This document shows positions 20,101-30,505 of a stretch of DNA of 64,000 nt, piece by piece. Origin of the DNA: an uncultured Anaerolineales bacterium (GTDB lineage: Bacteria; Chloroflexota; Anaerolineae; UBA7937; B3-Chlor). The notes under the pieces are model-generated. The model was not told the origin of the DNA, made no database searches, and saw only the letters and a list, made by a program, of their open reading frames with translations. Made by a program: the position numbers and the translations under genes. The stretch spans positions 15,972 to 79,971 of the forward strand of contig CAZOBP010000002.1 of NCBI GenBank assembly GCA_964577995.1. The letters run 5' to 3'. How positions within the stretch are numbered: the stretch's first letter is position 1; every line of letters begins with the position of its first letter.

Positions 20101-21504
20101 TTTGGCATTGGGCAGGGCATTACTGGCCAAGTGGCTGCCACAGGGAATGCAGAGGTGGTGAATGATGTCCATAGGGATCCGAGAGGCTTGCACATCCCCG
20201 GGACCACACAAGAACCGATGTCTATGCTGTGTGTGCCACTTGCCATCAAGGGGGATGTGGCAGGAGTGATGGCAGTGTCTAGGTTCGGAGAGCGGCCCTT
20301 CGATGACCAGGATCTCCAGTTGGCGATCAGCATGGCGAGCCATGCGGCGACCGCCATCGAGAACTCCCGGCTCTATCAATCGGTTGCTGACAGAGAGACC
20401 AAACTCCGGGACCAGATCGAATCTGCCGCCGATGCCATCTTCAATCTGGATCCCCAGGGGAGGTTAACGCTCTTCAACGGGGAGGCGGAGAGGCTCTCTG
20501 GCTTCAGGCGCGATGAGGTATTGGGATACCACTACACTCAGATGCTGTGGCCGGAGCAGACCGAGCAGATGCGCAGTCTGCTGTCGCCCGATGTCGGTGG
20601 GGAAGTATTACAGCAAGCCTATGAGATCGATTTCCTCGACAAGTGGGGACAGCGGGTTCCTATGGAGATCCGCGTCAGCGCTCTCGAGCGTGCAGGACGT
20701 CTGGAGGGCTGGCAAGTCATCGGTCGGGATGTCAGCGAGCGACGGCGTCTTGAGGAGATGAAGAGCCAGTTCCTGGCTACCGTGTCGCATGATTTGAGAA
20801 CGCCCTTGGCATCAATCATGGGTTTCACCGAGATGCTTGTGGAGGGAAGCCCCGGTCCCTTGACAGAGATACAGGATGAGTTCCTCGGGATAGTCTTCGA
20901 GAACTCCCAGCGCCTGATGGCTCTGGTCAACGATCTCCTGGACATCTCCAAGTTGGAGGTTGGGCGGACCAGCCTGGTGGTGAAGACCATAGAGTTGCCG
21001 CGCCTGATCGCTGGTGTGATTGACGAGATGAGCCCGCTGACCTACAGGAAGAACATCTCGCTCGAGGTAGACTGTGCAGAGACGCTGCCCCCGACACAAG
21101 GCGATCAAAGGCGACTGGAGCAGGTCCTCAACAACCTGCTTTCCAACGCAGTGAAGTTCACGCCTGAGGGAGGAAGGGTGGAAGTCAAGGCGGAGCTGGA
21201 AGGGGAGCAGTTGGTGGTCACCGTGAGAGACACGGGTCTCGGCATACCTCCGGACGATCTGCCCCATCTGTTTCAGCCGTTTCACCGAGGTGGGAATGTG
21301 ACCGAGCAGGCTATCGAGGGGACGGGTCTGGGCCTGAGCATTGCCAAGGCTTTGGTCGAGGCGCACGGTGGCGACATGGGAGTGGAGAGCGAGTTGGGCA
21401 AAGGTAGCACGTTCTGGTTCACGTTACCTGTCAAGGAACCTGCGCTGTCTGAGCCAGTCCAGACCGATGGAGGACCGGATCTGGGATCGTTGCCACGTGG
21501 TTGA
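17152..21504 (+). CDS. Large multi-PAS/multi-GAF sensor histidine kinase
   Basis: Coiled-coil N-terminus, repeated PAS blocks, three GAF-like blocks, H-box SHDLRTPL and HATPase boxes [27 protein letters not shown] 17152 follows GGGAGGTGAGAG. There is no receiver domain. Confidence 0.9.
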   Translation: MTDERMTREQLMGEVLELRHKVAELESLEQGGRRAEEEARKERDKTQKYLDVAGVIFVVIGVNEEVELVNKQGCEVLGYDEHEIVGRNWFETFLPARVRDDVRAVFTSLMNGALEPAERYENPILAKAGEERTIVWHNTVLTDETGVIVGAISSGQDITERRQAEKALRESERSFRALADNASDGILIGTSSGLHIYANRRAAEITGYEADELVDMGIRDLVHPDELSTVLETYRKRLEGQSAPRHYETRFVRNDGTTVAVELAGAKTVWQGLPADLVLFRDIAERKQAETELRDSEERLRTLFESAPVAYYLNDLRGTFLDGNRAAEQLFGYAREELVGSSLLELRLLSADQLPRSSALLARSAMGDATGPDEFVLNRRDGTEVAMEISTYPVKLKGDSVILGIARDITQSKDAEEALRENEQRYRGLFENSPIALWEEDASEVKRYIDELRASGVKDYRSYFGSHPGAVRECTGLVRILDVNQATLDLYGAESKEELLAGLDQVLAEGSYDIFKEEVLAIAEGRTQFDAETRARTLSGEARDIALRWTVAPGCEETFSSVLVSDIDVTERTRAEREIRHRTSQLTLVNKVGQRLAPILESVQLYTMVVQAVQEEFGYQMVGFFLVRGDELVVEAAAGPFKESIPVGHSQKIGEGTLGWVAEHGKPLLVNDASEESRFLEVETLDIAAELDVPVTVAGQTIGVIAVASDSANVFSETDVTAMEAIAGQVARAIENSRLYEQERRRGIQRETIAEVGRAIAAILDMDTLLSRVVELVAQNFGYYAVNVFEVDAASEYAAFRASTVESEGSGREGLRLRVGEEGIVGWVAGSGQPLMVDDVSREPRFRFDPAVADTRSEVAVPIRLGDKVVGVLDVLSDEVDAFDESVLGTLETLAHSLAVAMENARLYEEERRRSEELSALLDTAQALASSLDLEEVLEIVARQVKALTQADGGRIYLLEPDGQTLRPLVALGVEAEEMMAFSFGIGQGITGQVAATGNAEVVNDVHRDPRGLHIPGTTQEPMSMLCVPLAIKGDVAGVMAVSRFGERPFDDQDLQLAISMASHAATAIENSRLYQSVADRETKLRDQIESAADAIFNLDPQGRLTLFNGEAERLSGFRRDEVLGYHYTQMLWPEQTEQMRSLLSPDVGGEVLQQAYEIDFLDKWGQRVPMEIRVSALERAGRLEGWQVIGRDVSERRRLEEMKSQFLATVSHDLRTPLASIMGFTEMLVEGSPGPLTEIQDEFLGIVFENSQRLMALVNDLLDISKLEVGRTSLVVKTIELPRLIAGVIDEMSPLTYRKNISLEVDCAETLPPTQGDQRRLEQVLNNLLSNAVKFTPEGGRVEVKAELEGEQLVVTVRDTGLGIPPDDLPHLFQPFHRGGNVTEQAIEGTGLGLSIAKALVEAHGGDMGVESELGKGSTFWFTLPVKEPALSEPVQTDGGPDLGSLPRG

Positions 21505-21654
21505 CAGGTGGGAATGGGTTTTTGAGGGAGTTGCTGGGCAAGCTATCTCCTCGCCGACGGCGGAGAACGGACCCTGGCGTGGTCCACTTCCCACTCTGGG
21601 TGCGCCGGGTGCCAGGCTCCATGATCCGCTCGCAGTGTCTTGAAGGGGCCTTGC

Positions 21655-21682
21655 TTGCAATGGGGGCATACCTGGGTATAAT
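21655..21682 (+). promoter_or_regulatory. Sigma70-like promoter TTGCAA-16nt-TATAAT
   Basis: TTGCAA at 21655-60 and TATAAT at 21677-82, 64 nt upstream of the ferredoxin ATG. Confidence 0.5.
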
Positions 21683-21685
21683 TAG

Positions 21686-22015
<330 letters not shown>

Positions 22016-22063
22016 GGAGCTTCCTGCGATCGCAGACGGTGTCCTCTAGACCAATTGCCGAAG

Positions 22064-22116
22064 AAAAAGCCCGGGAAACGGGAGTGTCCGTACTCCCTCC
22101 CACCCAGGCTTTTTTG
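22064..22116. terminator. Bidirectional intrinsic terminator between convergent genes
   Basis: AAAAAGCCCGGG...(inner hairpin CGGGAGT-GTCCGT-ACTCCC)...CCCAGGCTTTTTT, with an A-tract 5' and a T-tract 3'. Confidence 0.65.
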
Positions 22117-22260
22117 CTGTCCGCCACCCGCTTGGTGTTGGCCTCTCCCGACGTCAGGCGGCCACACCTGCGCACGCGGAACGGCTTCCGAGTGCCTGGC
22201 GAGTGGTTCTCTCTGGCCCAGAGTGGCGAGAAGTGATGCCGAGGCTTAGCACGCTGGTGG

Positions 22261-22446
22261 TCACACGAAGGCGTTGATCAGCAGAACGAGAGGCGTCTCG
22301 AGTGGCGCCGGCGTTGGTGTGGGTGGAGTCGGTGAGGGCATGGCGGTCAGCACATAGCCTATGGCCATGCTTATGACCACCAGGAGACTTAAGATGATGA
22401 AGAGGATCTGACTGGTTCGGGGTTTCTGCGATCGTTTTCGAGCCAA
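22261..22446 (-). CDS. Small membrane protein (61 aa), function unknown
   Basis: TTG start 5 nt after GGGAGGAG. The protein has a basic N-terminus, one TM helix (ILFIILSLLVVISMAIGYVL) and a Pro/Thr-rich tail. A TTGCAT-17-TACAAT promoter-like pair lies on the minus strand at 22505-22477. Confidence 0.45.
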   Translation of the reverse strand: MARKRSQKPRTSQILFIILSLLVVISMAIGYVLTAMPSPTPPTPTPAPLETPLVLLINAFV

Positions 22447-22723
22447 CTGCTCCTCCCTTGACAGGACTTCTGCTTTATTGTAAGACAGTTATCGCCGGGA
22501 TGCAAAGTGACATGGTCGAACGAGCAGCCGGAGCATGTCCAGGTTCCGGGGTAGGTGGATCGGGAGGGGCGGTCCTGGGAGAGGGAGGTAGGGGCAGACC
22601 CTGTATCTCGGTCGCCGCATCTCGAGGCGGAGACGGGCACTCAGCTGCTGGAACAGGGTGTCGAGATCTGGCACGCCCGCCATCGGGAGTCGTCTTGATT
22701 GGGCAGCAGCGTGCGTCCCTTGC

Positions 22724-22752
22724 TTGACTTTGGGACCTAGCGATGGTAAGAT
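22724..22752 (+). promoter_or_regulatory. Sigma70-like promoter TTGACT-17nt-TAAGAT
   Basis: TTGACT at 22724-29 and TAAGAT at 22747-52, upstream of the GAF kinase gene. Confidence 0.45.
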
Positions 22753-22805
22753 GCGACGCGTGCCTCCAGGTCGTGCTCGGCGACACAGACTAGCGCGAGG
22801 CTTGT

Positions 22806-25145
22806 GTGACTGTGTGTTCGGCAACAGGCGACGTCGAGGATTGCGGATCCGGTGCTTCGCACCGTGAGTTGATGGCACTCGATGCGCTTGTCAAATCGAG
22901 TGCGGAATCCGCAGATCTAGACGAAGTGCTCTGGCTTGCCCTGGACAGGATTGCGGAGATCACAGGGCTTGAGATCGCCTACGTCAGCCTGTATGACGAG
23001 GAGAGGCGGGAACTGGAGGTCGTCGCCCATACGGCTCGGGACGAGGACCCTTCTGGCAAGGATAGTTGGACGATGTTGCCCCAGGACCTTGTGGGGCGAG
23101 TTGCTCGCACGGCGGAAGCAGTATTGGTTGAGGACACCTGGGTAGATCCCAGATTCTCCGATGGGACGGCTGCGCAGCCGCAAGTTCGTAGCGCTGCGAG
23201 CATACCGCTCAAGTCTAGAGGGACCGTGTTGGGCGTCTTGAGCGTGGCGAGTGCACAGCCGTTTCGATTCACCCCCCTTCATCAGGCCTTCTTGTCCGTC
23301 CTGGCTGGTCAACTGAGTTGGGCGATTGAGAGCACCGTTCTGCGAGAGAGGCTGAATAGCTCTCGGCTCCATCTGCGAGAACGGGTCAAGGAACTCAGCA
23401 TCCTCTATGACGTTAGCCGGGAAGCTCTGGTGGCTGAGAACGTTGAACGCTTCTTGACCTTTGTGGCCCGGCGACTACCGGCCTCGATGCAGCACCAGCG
23501 GGCGAAGGCAGTCGTGTTCTGCAGCGCGGGGACCTGCGACTACTCGACGTGGTCAGACAATGTGGACGAGGCCATCGCGGAGAGGTTGGCCGTCGTCCCT
23601 GGTGAGGGGACACTGGGCAAGCTCCTGGTCGATAGGGGAGTGCTCTTGGAGTATGCAATCTCCAGGCTGGACGATCTCCTGGGGGAGTGCGACGTCAAGT
23701 CCGTGCTGGCGGTACCGGTCTTCGTCAACGGGGAGACGATAGGCTCGATTGCCGTGTACTACCAGAATGATAGATGGCGCTTCCTGGAGGAGGAGATCGA
23801 TCTGCTTCGCGGGATCTCAGAGCAAGTGGCGCAGTACCTCGCGCGGGATGCCATAGAACGGGAGAACCAGCGCCACGTTCAAGAGGTTTCCACTCTCTTC
23901 GAGGTCTCCAAGGCACTTGCATCTGTCGTGGATATTGAGGGGCTACTGCCCGCCATCCAACACACGCTGATGGAGGCGGTCGGACCTGCCGAAGCCGGGG
24001 TTCTCTTGCTGTTCGACAAGGTGACGGGGATGCTCCGGGTTGCATCCTCTTTCGGCTACGACGTCGAGACCTTGCACAGGGTCAGCTTGCGAACAGGCGA
24101 GTCCATATCCGGCCAAGTGTTCGAATCTGGCATGCCGGGGGTCTGGAGCACTCCAGACGAGTCTGAGTCTGCCATGGCCACCATGACCGCGCACAACCGT
24201 GAGTTCTTCAGGCAGGCATCGCGCGGTCTGGACTTTCCCAGAAGTGCAATTGGCGTACCGCTCATATATCGGGATGAGAAGATTGGCGTGCTCACGCTGG
24301 AGACCTTTGGCAGCGCTGAGTGGTTCTCGGGGTCACACGTTCCGTTCCTGCAAGCCCTTGCCGAGTTGTTGGTCATCAATCTAACTCAGATCCGACTGCT
24401 ACAGGAGACAGAGGAAGCTCGGGCCGTGCAGGAGGCGGACCGGTTGAGATCGGAACTGATCGCGGCGTTGGCGCATGATATGCGCACCCCGCTGACCTCC
24501 ATACAGGGTTACGCGTCGGCGTTGTTGCTCGACGACGTCGAGTGGGACGAAACATCCCGGGCAAGACAGTTGCAGATCATAGAAGCGGAGGCCAGGGATC
24601 TGCAGGCCATGGTCCAGGACTTGCTGGAATCATCTATTGTCGACGCCGGCCTGCTGACATTGGCTAAGGAACCCACTCTGGTGCCTCGCCTGGTCGAGAG
24701 TCTAGTGCGTGAGATGGCTCGTCGCACGGCAAGGCATCGATTTGTGCTAAGCTTCCCCGCTGACTTTCCGATCATAGATGCGGACCCCCGGCGTCTCGAG
24801 CAAGTGATACGCAACGTGCTCGACAATGCCGTGAAGTATTCGCCTGACGGCGGGCTGGTGGTCGTAAGGGGGCAGGTGGCTGGTGACGAGGTCATCATCA
24901 GCGTGGCCGACAATGGCGTGGGAATCGCCCCAGAACACCTGAACCGACTCTTCGAGAAGTTCTTCCGGGTGAAGTCGCCCATTGGTGAAAAAGTGCGGGG
25001 CACGGGACTTGGGCTTCCAGTATCCCGCACTATAGTGGAAAGCCACGGCGGCAGGATCTGGGCCGAGAGCGAGGTGGGCAAGGGAACGACCATGTACTTC
25101 TCTCTGCCCTGCCGGCAAGGCGCAGATACACATGCATCCGACTGA
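22806..25145 (+). CDS. Multi-GAF sensor histidine kinase
   Basis: GAF-like blocks, H-box AHDMRTPLTSI and HATPase boxes NVLDNAVKYS, DNGVGI, GTGLGL. The start is uncertain (GTG 22806 or ATG 22872). Confidence 0.9.
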   Translation: MTVCSATGDVEDCGSGASHRELMALDALVKSSAESADLDEVLWLALDRIAEITGLEIAYVSLYDEERRELEVVAHTARDEDPSGKDSWTMLPQDLVGRVARTAEAVLVEDTWVDPRFSDGTAAQPQVRSAASIPLKSRGTVLGVLSVASAQPFRFTPLHQAFLSVLAGQLSWAIESTVLRERLNSSRLHLRERVKELSILYDVSREALVAENVERFLTFVARRLPASMQHQRAKAVVFCSAGTCDYSTWSDNVDEAIAERLAVVPGEGTLGKLLVDRGVLLEYAISRLDDLLGECDVKSVLAVPVFVNGETIGSIAVYYQNDRWRFLEEEIDLLRGISEQVAQYLARDAIERENQRHVQEVSTLFEVSKALASVVDIEGLLPAIQHTLMEAVGPAEAGVLLLFDKVTGMLRVASSFGYDVETLHRVSLRTGESISGQVFESGMPGVWSTPDESESAMATMTAHNREFFRQASRGLDFPRSAIGVPLIYRDEKIGVLTLETFGSAEWFSGSHVPFLQALAELLVINLTQIRLLQETEEARAVQEADRLRSELIAALAHDMRTPLTSIQGYASALLLDDVEWDETSRARQLQIIEAEARDLQAMVQDLLESSIVDAGLLTLAKEPTLVPRLVESLVREMARRTARHRFVLSFPADFPIIDADPRRLEQVIRNVLDNAVKYSPDGGLVVVRGQVAGDEVIISVADNGVGIAPEHLNRLFEKFFRVKSPIGEKVRGTGLGLPVSRTIVESHGGRIWAESEVGKGTTMYFSLPCRQGADTHASD

Positions 25146-25186
25146 CGCTCATCCGTCAGACTAAAATGTAAGGAGAATGGAGAATC

Positions 25187-26434
25187 ATGGATAAGCTGAA
25201 CCCGTTCGAGATCGCGCAGAGGCAGCTAGATGAAGCTGCGGAGATCCTGGGCCTCGACCCAGGGATGCATGCCCTTCTGCGAGAGCCGCTGCGGGAGCTG
25301 CACGTGACCCTCCCGGTCAGGATGGACGATGGTTCCGTGGAGGTCTTCAAAGGCTTCCGTGTACAGTACAACGACGCCCGCGGCCCAGCCAAGGGCGGCC
25401 TGCGCTTTCATCCGGAGGAGACCATTGACACTGTGCGGGCTTTGGCCGCCTGGATGACCTGGAAGACTGCGGTGGTGGACATACCGCTGGGAGGCGGCAA
25501 AGGGGGAATAATCTGCAACCCCAAGGAGATGTCTCAGGCTGAGTTGGAGCGACTGAGCAGGGCGTACATTCGGCAAGTGGGTCGCATACTGGGACCCAAG
25601 TCAGACGTTCCGGCGCCTGACGTGTATACGAACCCTCAGATCATGGCCTGGATGATGGACGAGTACTCCGTGATGCAGGGGCACAGCGAGCCCGGCGTCA
25701 TTACGGGCAAGCCGTTGGCCCTGGGAGGGTCTGCCGGCCGTATGGATGCCACGGCCAGAGGAGGCATGTATTGTCTGCGTGAAGCAGGCAAGGTGCTGGG
25801 CATCGACTTGAAGGGTGCTACCACTGCCATCCAAGGCTATGGCAACGCTGGCTACTACGGCCAGGTCCTTGGGGAGGAGTTGCTGGGGCTGAATGTCATC
25901 TGCGTGAGCGACTCGAGGGGCGGAATCGTCTGCGACGGTGGCCTGGAGTGCGAAGAGGTCAAGGGCCACAAGGACGAGACCGGTACTTGTGTGGGCCTAC
26001 CCGACTCCGAGCCCATCAGCAACGAGGAGCTGCTGGAGTTGGACGTGGACGTGCTGGTTCCGGCCGCGCTGGAGAACGTCATCACCGAGGAGAACGCTCA
26101 TCGGGTGAAGGCGAAGATCGTGGTCGAACTTGCCAATGGACCTACGACACCGGAAGCCGACAGAATACTCCACGAGAACGGGGTATACGTCATTCCCGAT
26201 TTCCTGTGCAACGCCGGAGGAGTCGTCGTCTCCTACTTCGAGGGAGTGCAGAACGCCTACAACTACTACTGGGACCTCGAGGAGGTTTACGAAAGGCTGG
26301 ATCGGAAGATGACAGCCGCCTTCCACGCGGTGCACGAGATGGCTCAAGCCAAGGGGGTACACAACCGGCTGGCGGCCTATCTGGTGGCAGTGGCCAGGGT
26401 CGCCGACGCCGTGAAACTCCGTGGCTGGGCGTGA
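25187..26434 (+). CDS. gdhA: Glutamate dehydrogenase
   Basis: 415 aa with [16 protein letters not shown] and GYGNAGYY (Glu/Leu/Phe/Val dehydrogenase family). AAGGAGAATGGAG RBS. Confidence 0.95.
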   Translation: MDKLNPFEIAQRQLDEAAEILGLDPGMHALLREPLRELHVTLPVRMDDGSVEVFKGFRVQYNDARGPAKGGLRFHPEETIDTVRALAAWMTWKTAVVDIPLGGGKGGIICNPKEMSQAELERLSRAYIRQVGRILGPKSDVPAPDVYTNPQIMAWMMDEYSVMQGHSEPGVITGKPLALGGSAGRMDATARGGMYCLREAGKVLGIDLKGATTAIQGYGNAGYYGQVLGEELLGLNVICVSDSRGGIVCDGGLECEEVKGHKDETGTCVGLPDSEPISNEELLELDVDVLVPAALENVITEENAHRVKAKIVVELANGPTTPEADRILHENGVYVIPDFLCNAGGVVVSYFEGVQNAYNYYWDLEEVYERLDRKMTAAFHAVHEMAQAKGVHNRLAAYLVAVARVADAVKLRGWA

Positions 26435-26499
26435 ACCATCAGTAGCACCCTGGGGAGGAGGTCGCCGGGCAGCGCCAACTGGAATTGGCGGGATGCGAA

Positions 26500-27207
26500 G
26501 TGAAAAAAGAAGCCATTCTCGTGGTTGATGATGAGCCGCGGCTTGTCAGGCTGGTGCACGAGATCATGACGGCGGTGGGCTACGACGTACTCAGTGCACG
26601 CGATGGCAAGGAGGCATTGGAGGTCCTGGCCATCGAGGAACCAGACCTGGTTCTGCTGGACATCATGTTGCCTGGCGACATGGACGGCTATGATGTGTGC
26701 AGGCGGGTGAGAGAGTTCTCGGCCGTACCCGTCGTCATGCTGACGGCCAAGACGCGCGAGGTGGACATGCTGGAAGGCTTCGACGTCGGCGCTGATGACT
26801 ATCTGACCAAGCCTTTCAATGCCAAGGAGCTGATCGCGAGGGTCAAGGCGGTCTTGCGCCGCAGTACACTGCCTGGCAAGGAAGCCATGATCACGGCTGA
26901 CCTGTCGTGCGGCGACCTGACAGTCAGCTTCGCCCGGCGCAACGTCAGGATGGGGGAGCGGGAAATTGCCCTCACGCCAACCGAGTTCAAGCTGCTCCAG
27001 CAGCTAGCGCTGAACACGAACCGCGTGATGCTGCACGAGGACTTACTGACGGAGGTCTGGGGTCCTCAGTATCGCGACGACATAGACTATCTTCGAGCAT
27101 ACGTGCGCCATCTGCGGCTGAAGATAGAAGACGATCCGTCTCAACCCTGCTACATCCTCACCACCCCTGGGGTGGGCTACATGCTTTCGTGCCCCGAGGG
27201 CAGCTAG
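26500..27207 (+). CDS. OmpR-family response regulator
   Basis: ILVVDDEP, LLDIMLPGDMDG, YLTKPF, then a winged helix (TEFKLL, GVGYML). The likely start is GTG 26500. Confidence 0.9.
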   Translation: MKKEAILVVDDEPRLVRLVHEIMTAVGYDVLSARDGKEALEVLAIEEPDLVLLDIMLPGDMDGYDVCRRVREFSAVPVVMLTAKTREVDMLEGFDVGADDYLTKPFNAKELIARVKAVLRRSTLPGKEAMITADLSCGDLTVSFARRNVRMGEREIALTPTEFKLLQQLALNTNRVMLHEDLLTEVWGPQYRDDIDYLRAYVRHLRLKIEDDPSQPCYILTTPGVGYMLSCPEGS

Positions 27208-27250
27208 AAGACCCTCCATAGCACGCGCACTGCCATACTTGCATGCGAAG

Positions 27251-27278
27251 AACCCGTGATTTTTCACGGGTTTTTCAT
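27251..27278 (+). terminator. Intrinsic terminator
   Basis: AACCCGTGA-TTTT-TCACGGGTT followed by a T-rich run. Confidence 0.75.
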
Positions 27279-27367
27279 TTCTCTGCCCCTCCCTTTTATG
27301 AGAACTCCACGGATTGTCCGGTAGAATGATACTGGCGCGATGCGTTGTAGCCACGAGACCTTCAGAC

Positions 27368-27384
27368 TACACGTGCGACGTGTA
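27368..27384. promoter_or_regulatory. 17-bp palindrome TACACGT-GCG-ACGTGTA upstream of the redox operon (candidate operator or 5'-UTR hairpin)
   Basis: Perfect 7-bp inverted arms, 39 nt upstream of the GTG at 27423. No family assignment. Confidence 0.25.
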
Positions 27385-27422
27385 AGCAGCGCTCGGATGG
27401 GGCGGTAACAAGGAGGGGCAAA

Positions 27423-27914
27423 GTGGATTTCCAGCTGGCGTTTGACGCGAGTGAGATTGATGACTTGTTGAATGGCAAGAGAGATGGCGGAAACGGATCT
27501 CTGATGGATGTGTTGGAGGAAGTCCAGGCGCGCTACCGGTATCTGCCGAGGGATGCGCTGATCTTGATCAGCGAGAGCATGGGAGTGCCGTTGAGCCAGA
27601 CTTACGGTGTGGCTACCTTCTACAATGCCTTCAGCCTGAAGCCCAAGGGCAGGCATGTCATCAACGTGTGCACTGGGACAGCGTGCATGGTCCGAGGCGC
27701 CAAGAAGGTCCTAGAGAGGATCTCCGAGAGGCTGGGCATACAGCCTGGCGAGACTACGGAAGACGGGCAATTCACGTTGGAGACGGTGAATTGCCTGGGT
27801 GCCTGTGCTTTGGGACCCGTGGTTGTGGCGGACGGTGCATACTCCGGGGAGATGACCAGTGCGAAGACAGACGCGTTGCTGAAAGAAGTGATGAGTGAGG
27901 TCGAGACGGTATAG
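27423..27914 (+). CDS. NuoE/HoxE-like thioredoxin-fold [2Fe-2S] protein
   Basis: CTGTAC ... CLGAC cluster motifs and ATFYN. AAGGAGGGG RBS before the GTG. Confidence 0.9.
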   Translation: MDFQLAFDASEIDDLLNGKRDGGNGSLMDVLEEVQARYRYLPRDALILISESMGVPLSQTYGVATFYNAFSLKPKGRHVINVCTGTACMVRGAKKVLERISERLGIQPGETTEDGQFTLETVNCLGACALGPVVVADGAYSGEMTSAKTDALLKEVMSEVETV

Positions 27915-27917
27915 CAC

Positions 27918-29771
27918 ATGACCATGGTACGAACCCCCGAAGAGTTGGAGAGCCTCAAGCAGAAGCTGCTGGCAGCAAGGGAACCCGACAAGCCGCGGGT
28001 CTCCGTGTGTTGCGGGACCGGCTGTCGGGTCCATGGAAGCATGGATGTGATCGAGGCTTTTCGACAGGAGATTGACAAGCGGAATCTGAACGGGGACATC
28101 AGCGTCGTCGGCACAGGATGCCATGGGTTCTGTGAAAAGGGTCCCGTTGTCGTCCTCAAGCCAAGCGGCGTCTTCTATCAGAGAGTGGGTCTAGGGGATG
28201 TCCCTGAGATCGTCTCCGAGACTGTGCTCAATGGGGCGGTCATCGACAGGCTGACCTACGTAGATCCGGCAAGCGGTGCGAAGGTAGTCTACGAAGAGGA
28301 CGTGCCCTTCTATCGCAAGCAGCAGCGGCTGGTGCTGGACCTGAACGGTGACATCGATCCCACCAACATAGAGGACTACATTGCCTTTGGCGGATACGCG
28401 GCGTTGGGCAAGGCTCTGCACCAGATGAAGCCTGAAGGGGTGATCGAGGAGGTTGTGGAGTCCGGACTGCGAGGGCGAGGCGGCGCAGGGTTCCCAGCGG
28501 GGATCAAGTGGAGACTGTGCCGAGAGGCAGATGGAGACACCAAGTACATCATCTGCAATGCAGACGAGGGCGACCCGGGTGCATACATGGATCGCAGCAT
28601 CATGGAGGGCAATCCTCACAGAGTAGTGGAGGGCATGATCATCGGCGCCTGGGCCATTGGCGCGCACGAGGGATACGTCTACATCCGCAATGAGTATCCT
28701 CTAGCGGTGGAGAACCTCAGAATAGCCATAGGGCAGGCGCAGGAGTATGGATTCCTCGGCCATGACATTCTGGGTTCGGGCTTCGATTTCTCGATCCACA
28801 TACGCCCCGGGAGCGGCGCGTTCGTGTGTGGCGAGGAGACCGCCCTGATGGCGTCCATTGAGGACAGGATTGGGGAGCCGAGACCGAGACCGCCATATCC
28901 AGCGGAAAGGGGTCTGTGGGGCAAGCCGACCAACATCAACAATGTGGAGACCTGGGCGAACGTACCCATCGTGATCGATCGGGGAGGAGAGTTGTACTCC
29001 CAGATAGGCACGGACAAGAGCAAGGGCACCAAGATCTTCTCAGTGGTGGGGAACATCAACAACACAGGGCTGGTCGAGGTGCCCATGGGGACCACTTTGT
29101 CCGAGATCGTTTACGACATCGGCGGTGGCGTTCCGGGGGGCAAGGAGTGCAAGGCAGTTCAGCTTGGCGGACCGTCCGGAGGATGTCTGCCTCGGGAGCA
29201 TTTCGATGTCCCTATCGACTTCGAGTCCTTGCAGGAACTTGGTGCCATCATGGGCTCTGGCGGCATGGTGGTCTGTGACGAGGATACCTGTATGGTGGAG
29301 TTTGCCAGGTACTTCATGGATTTCGTTCAGCAGGAATCCTGCGGCAAATGCGTGCCCTGTCGTCTGGGGACGAGGGCCATGCTAGAGGTGCTCACCAGGA
29401 TCACGCAGGGAGAGGGCCAGGAAGGAGACATCGAATACCTGGAGGAGTTGGCCAAACAGATCAGGGAGTCCTCTCTGTGTGGCCTGGGGCAGACTGCGCC
29501 CAATCCCGTGCTCTCGACAATACGTTACTTCCGCGATGAGTACGAAGCGCATATCCGGGACAAGCACTGTCCGGCTCACGTTTGCAGGGCTCTGATTCAC
29601 TATTCCGTTGATCCCGAGAAGTGCACTGGCTGCGGACGCTGCCTTCGCAACTGTCCGGCTGAGGCCATAAGCGGCGCCAAGAAGGAACCCCACAACATAG
29701 ACCAGGAGAAGTGCATCAAGTGCGGTTCCTGCTATGAGCTGTGCAAGTTCGATGCAATCGTCGTGGAGTAG
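27918..29771 (+). CDS. NuoF/HoxF/HydB-like NAD(H)-binding FMN flavoprotein with extra Fe-S domains
   Basis: N-terminal Trx-like 2Fe-2S (CCGTGC, CHGFCEKGP), GLRGRGGAGFPAGIKW, ESCGKCVPCR, and two C-terminal CxxCxxCxxxCP-type motifs. Confidence 0.9.
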   Translation: MTMVRTPEELESLKQKLLAAREPDKPRVSVCCGTGCRVHGSMDVIEAFRQEIDKRNLNGDISVVGTGCHGFCEKGPVVVLKPSGVFYQRVGLGDVPEIVSETVLNGAVIDRLTYVDPASGAKVVYEEDVPFYRKQQRLVLDLNGDIDPTNIEDYIAFGGYAALGKALHQMKPEGVIEEVVESGLRGRGGAGFPAGIKWRLCREADGDTKYIICNADEGDPGAYMDRSIMEGNPHRVVEGMIIGAWAIGAHEGYVYIRNEYPLAVENLRIAIGQAQEYGFLGHDILGSGFDFSIHIRPGSGAFVCGEETALMASIEDRIGEPRPRPPYPAERGLWGKPTNINNVETWANVPIVIDRGGELYSQIGTDKSKGTKIFSVVGNINNTGLVEVPMGTTLSEIVYDIGGGVPGGKECKAVQLGGPSGGCLPREHFDVPIDFESLQELGAIMGSGGMVVCDEDTCMVEFARYFMDFVQQESCGKCVPCRLGTRAMLEVLTRITQGEGQEGDIEYLEELAKQIRESSLCGLGQTAPNPVLSTIRYFRDEYEAHIRDKHCPAHVCRALIHYSVDPEKCTGCGRCLRNCPAEAISGAKKEPHNIDQEKCIKCGSCYELCKFDAIVVE

Positions 29772-29785
29772 AAAGGCGACAGTGG

Positions 29786-30469
29786 ATGATCATCCTAACC
29801 ATCAATGGCCGGGAAGTTGAGGCCATAGAAGGTTCAACGATACTGGAAGCTGCGCGGGAGAACGGCATCGAGATTCCGACTCTTTGCTACCATGAGGCTC
29901 TCGAGCCCTACGGTAGCTGCCGCCTCTGTGTGGTCGAGCTGGCTACGCCCAGGGGGCCTCGCCTGGTTGCGTCCTGCGTTTATCCTGCCGAGGAAGGGGC
30001 GGTAGTGAAGACCGATTCCGAGATGGTGCAGCGCTCGCGCCGCATGACTGTGGAGTTGCTGTTGGCTTCTGCTCCCCACGCGAAGGTCATACAGGAGTTG
30101 GCTGCGGAAATGGGCGTGCAGGAGCCTCGGGTGAGCCTGGGCGACAACGATTGCATACTATGCGGCCTGTGCGTACGGGCCTGTCGCGAGATTGTCGGGG
30201 CCAACGCCATTAGTCTTGTCAATCGAGGCTTCAGCAAAGAGGTAAGCCCTCCCTTCGAGATCGGCTCCAATGCCTGTATTGGTTGCACAACCTGCGTCTT
30301 CATCTGTCCGACGGGCGCCATCAAGCTGGAGGATGTTCTGGCCAACAGATCTGTGCATCGTTGGGCCTCGGATTTCGAGGCCACAGCTTGCAAGATCTGT
30401 GGTGACCACTATCTTGCGCCCGAGTTCGCGGCGGAAGTGGAACAGCCGCTCGATGCAAAGGGCGTGTGA
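29786..30469 (+). CDS. [2Fe-2S]/[4Fe-4S] protein resembling the NuoG/HydA N-terminal Fe-S module, with no catalytic domain
   Basis: INGREVEA..GSTILEAA, CYHEALEPYGSCRLC, CILCGLCVRAC and CIGCTTCVFICP. Confidence 0.8.
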   Translation: MIILTINGREVEAIEGSTILEAARENGIEIPTLCYHEALEPYGSCRLCVVELATPRGPRLVASCVYPAEEGAVVKTDSEMVQRSRRMTVELLLASAPHAKVIQELAAEMGVQEPRVSLGDNDCILCGLCVRACREIVGANAISLVNRGFSKEVSPPFEIGSNACIGCTTCVFICPTGAIKLEDVLANRSVHRWASDFEATACKICGDHYLAPEFAAEVEQPLDAKGV

Positions 30470-30505
30470 TCGGCAGTCTGGGACCTACCTGAAGGAGCAT
30501 GGGAA

